Source: an uncultured bacterium
Lineage (GTDB): Bacteria; Patescibacteriota; Minisyncoccia; Moranbacterales; GWC2-37-73
Reading direction: 5' to 3'
NCBI GenBank assembly: GCA_903824515.1
Contig: CAIJXA010000074.1
Span: 1 to 16,687, forward strand
Length of the DNA stretch: 16,687 nucleotides
Under the pieces are notes generated by a model, which saw only the letters and a list, made by a program, of their open reading frames with translations, did no database searches and was not told the origin of the DNA. Shown piece after piece: positions 14,695 through 16,687 of this stretch. The stretch's first letter is position 1; each line of letters starts with the position of its first letter. The translations under genes and the position numbers were made by a program.

Positions 14695-15693
14695 ATGGAA
14701 AAAAACAAACCAAAAATAATAGTCATCATGGGTCCCACTGCCTCAGGCAAATCAGGCGTGGCAATTAAACTTGCGCAGAAATTCGACGGCGAAATCATCT
14801 CCGCTGACAGTCGACAAATATACAAAGGACTCGACATTGGCTCAGGCAAAGTTTGTGGAGCGTGGAGCGTGGAGCGTGGAGCCTTTATTTCAGAAGGCAT
14901 CCCCCATCATTTGATTGATGTGGCTAAGCCTCAAGAAGATTTTAATGTAAGCCACTTCAAGAAACTGGCGCAAGAAAAAATTGGGGAAATTCTCAGTCGC
15001 AAAAAAGTTCCCATCATCTGCGGAGGAACGGCTTTTTGGATTGACACCTTGACTAAAAATTCCAACATTCCAGAAGTTGCCCCCAATGAAAAATTGCGAG
15101 CCAGACTTGCCAAGAAAAGTGTTGAGCAACTTTTTACCCAGCTTAAAAAACTCGATCCAGTCAGAGCAAGCGACATCGATGGTCAAAATAAGGTACGCCT
15201 CATTCGCGCAATTGAAATTTGCAAGGTGTTGGGCCATGTTCCAAAACGTGAAACGTGGAACGTGGAACGTGGAACGGAAAATACAAAATACGAGATACAA
15301 AATACAAAATACAACTTTCTAGAAATTGGAATTGAGGTGCCCAGGGAAATCCTGAACGCCAAAATCAAAAAACGTTTGGATGAACGTTTTGCCGAAGGCA
15401 TGACCCAAGAAGTTGAAAACCTGAATGAAAAGGGCGTTTCATGGCAGTGGTTGGAGCGCATCGGCTTGGAATATCGCTGGATTTCCAGATTTTTGCAAGG
15501 CAAAATAGAACTAGGAGAAATGTCCACCCAAGGCGTATGCACTTCGGGCGCAAAACAAAAATTATATTTTGACAGCATTCACTATGCCAAACGTCAAATG
15601 ACTTGGCTACAAAGAAACAAAAGTATTATTTGGCACAGCGATTATGAAGAAATTGAAAAAGAAGTTGAAAATTTCTTAGAACAAAATACTTAA
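14695..15693 (+). CDS. miaA: tRNA dimethylallyltransferase (MiaA)
   Basis: 332-aa ORF with P-loop GPTASGKSGVA and the signature DSRQIYKGLDIGSGK. Two insertions relative to canonical MiaA coincide with heptamer arrays. Confidence 0.9.
   Translation: MEKNKPKIIVIMGPTASGKSGVAIKLAQKFDGEIISADSRQIYKGLDIGSGKVCGAWSVERGAFISEGIPHHLIDVAKPQEDFNVSHFKKLAQEKIGEILSRKKVPIICGGTAFWIDTLTKNSNIPEVAPNEKLRARLAKKSVEQLFTQLKKLDPVRASDIDGQNKVRLIRAIEICKVLGHVPKRETWNVERGTENTKYEIQNTKYNFLEIGIEVPREILNAKIKKRLDERFAEGMTQEVENLNEKGVSWQWLERIGLEYRWISRFLQGKIELGEMSTQGVCTSGAKQKLYFDSIHYAKRQMTWLQRNKSIIWHSDYEEIEKEVENFLEQNT
14854..14881 (+). repeat. In-frame heptamer tandem array (TGTGGAG CGTGGAG CGTGGAG CGTGGAG) inside miaA (site 1)
   Basis: Encodes CGAWSVERGA between DIGSGKV and ISEGIPHHLID. 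It has the same unit as the miaB array. Confidence 0.8.
15247..15312 (+). repeat. Composite in-frame array inside miaA (site 2): 4 x CGTGRAA (15247-15274) immediately followed by 5 x AAAATAC/GAGATAC (15278-15312)
   Basis: Nine heptamers total 63 nt (21 codons) and encode ETWNVERGTENTKYEIQNTKYN, an insertion relative to E. coli MiaA. Confidence 0.8.
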
Positions 15694-15913
15694 AACCAAA
15701 ATTGAAAATTAAAAACCACCTATAGGAGAGTTAATAGTCAATTAATGTTGGTAAAAACATCGTTTCTGCACTAAGCTAAGCGGATAATCAATATGAAAGT
15801 TAAACTGGTTCATTCCGAATTTTCCGAACAACAAAAATCCGCTTCGACGTGTTCGTATGCCGCTCGGCTCAGGACACGGACCTGAGGTAATGAAGGGGTC
15901 GGACGCATGCGGA

Positions 15914-16687
15914 TCAGTTCTTCACGCATCGTACGGGAAGTCCGAATGCCCGGTTATTATAATTCGCAGGATTTACACCGGAAGAACTATAACTAAGCAG
16001 GTAGGCGGAGGAACCGGTAACGGTACTCGACCAACAATATCCTGCGGTTCCCTGATAATAAAGAGAAGCATCGTAATAATTCCGACCACCCGACAACGAA
16101 AGTTTAAGGGTCGAACTGAGCGCAGTGGCTGGATTCGTGATACCGGCCGCGGAGACAAGGGTGGACCATTCCGCCTGAGTCGGCACACGGAATCCAGACG
16201 GGCACGGATTGTTCGTTCCGGAAACTCCCTGCCATAGACTGTTGTTCTGCCCGCTTCTCCAGTCATTTGGTGAACTCGGGGCCATGATAAATTTCACATG
16301 TCCCGGAGTGTCCGAGGAACTCAGGGTCGAAGTCGTGCTACTGGTCATGGTCTGATGCCCATCGGTGTTCCTACCCCACTGGTAAAGCCACCCATACGAG
16401 AGCGAATCCGTAGTCGATATGGCCACCTGCGGAGCGCCGAGATTTCGATCCAACCAGATCTTACCGTCAGCCCCGGTGACCGCCCCGTAGGTAAGTCCGC
16501 CGAAAACGCATGTCTGCCCGGCAATCAGAGTCGCATCACACGTTGAAGTCACAATCGCAGGGCCAACACCCGAAGAAAAGGTTATAGAACCCGAACCGAC
16601 GTTGATCCATTTGTATATTTTATAGCCACCAGTATTAGTGAAGGTCGGTGAACCAGTTGTTGAAGCTGCATCAGCATAGGTATCTGG
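15914..16687 (-). CDS. Protein with C-terminal Fibrobacter succinogenes major paralogous (TIGR02145-like) domain; 5'-partial, continuing beyond the window end
   Basis: C-terminus ...KIWLDRNLGA...GWLYQWGRNTDG...CPSGFRVPTQAEWSTL...GYCWSST...AFGLPVRCVKN matches the FISUMP domain pattern. The frame stays open upstream of the tracked GTG at 16552 to the window edge (...PDTYADAASTTGSPTFTNTGGYKIYKWINVGSGS...). The region is about 55-60% GC versus about 38% elsewhere. Confidence 0.75.
   Translation of the reverse strand, partial: PDTYADAASTTGSPTFTNTGGYKIYKWINVGSGSITFSSGVGPAIVTSTCDATLIAGQTCVFGGLTYGAVTGADGKIWLDRNLGAPQVAISTTDSLSYGWLYQWGRNTDGHQTMTSSTTSTLSSSDTPGHVKFIMAPSSPNDWRSGQNNSLWQGVSGTNNPCPSGFRVPTQAEWSTLVSAAGITNPATALSSTLKLSLSGGRNYYDASLYYQGTAGYCWSSTVTGSSAYLLSYSSSGVNPANYNNRAFGLPVRCVKN

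Noticed and set aside
13633-15312. Heptamer arrays as a CRISPR array
   Set aside because: The units are 7 nt with no spacers, and they lie inside coding sequences. No cas genes are present.
14890-15578. Minus-strand ORFs 14890-15300, 14931-15176, 15183-15578 antisense to miaA
   Set aside because: Antisense shadows of a strongly supported CDS.
15857-16546. Several + and - ORFs (15857-16237, 15973-16266, 16298-16546) overlapping the FISUMP-domain gene
   Set aside because: High GC gives long open frames in all phases. Only the 15914-16687 minus frame carries a recognisable domain.

Overview
The window is AT-rich (roughly 38% GC) and compact, with a gene content and SD-poor style consistent with a CPR/Patescibacteria-like bacterium. 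Recognisable housekeeping genes on the + strand are an SPFH/band-7-like membrane protein (414-1625), DNA polymerase III alpha DnaE (2024-5638) with an unusual C-terminal extension, threonyl-tRNA synthetase lacking the TGS domain (11123-12883) preceded by a probable T-box leader, and the tRNA i6A/ms2i6A modification pair miaB (12937-14382) and miaA (14695-15693). Between dnaE and thrS lies a block of five minus-strand genes (5720-10635): a secreted/anchored hypothetical, a short PaaX-family wHTH regulator flanked by 44-bp direct repeats, a membrane-anchored possible SLT-like protein, and two tandem paralogous proteins of no recognisable family (9042-9851, 9973-10635). Each of the two paralogs has its own sigma70-like promoter and intrinsic terminator. 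Also present are a 140-nt GC-rich island of competing hairpins (8838-8975), in-frame heptanucleotide tandem arrays inserted in miaB, miaA (two sites) and dnaE, AT-rich motif blocks shared by the dnaE and thrS upstream regions, and an abrupt shift to about 55-60% GC at the 3' end, where a 5'-partial minus-strand gene encodes a Fibrobacter-succinogenes-paralogous (TIGR02145-like) domain. I found no tRNA, rRNA, CRISPR array, transposase or integrase. All family assignments are from motif reading by eye; none has been checked against a database.
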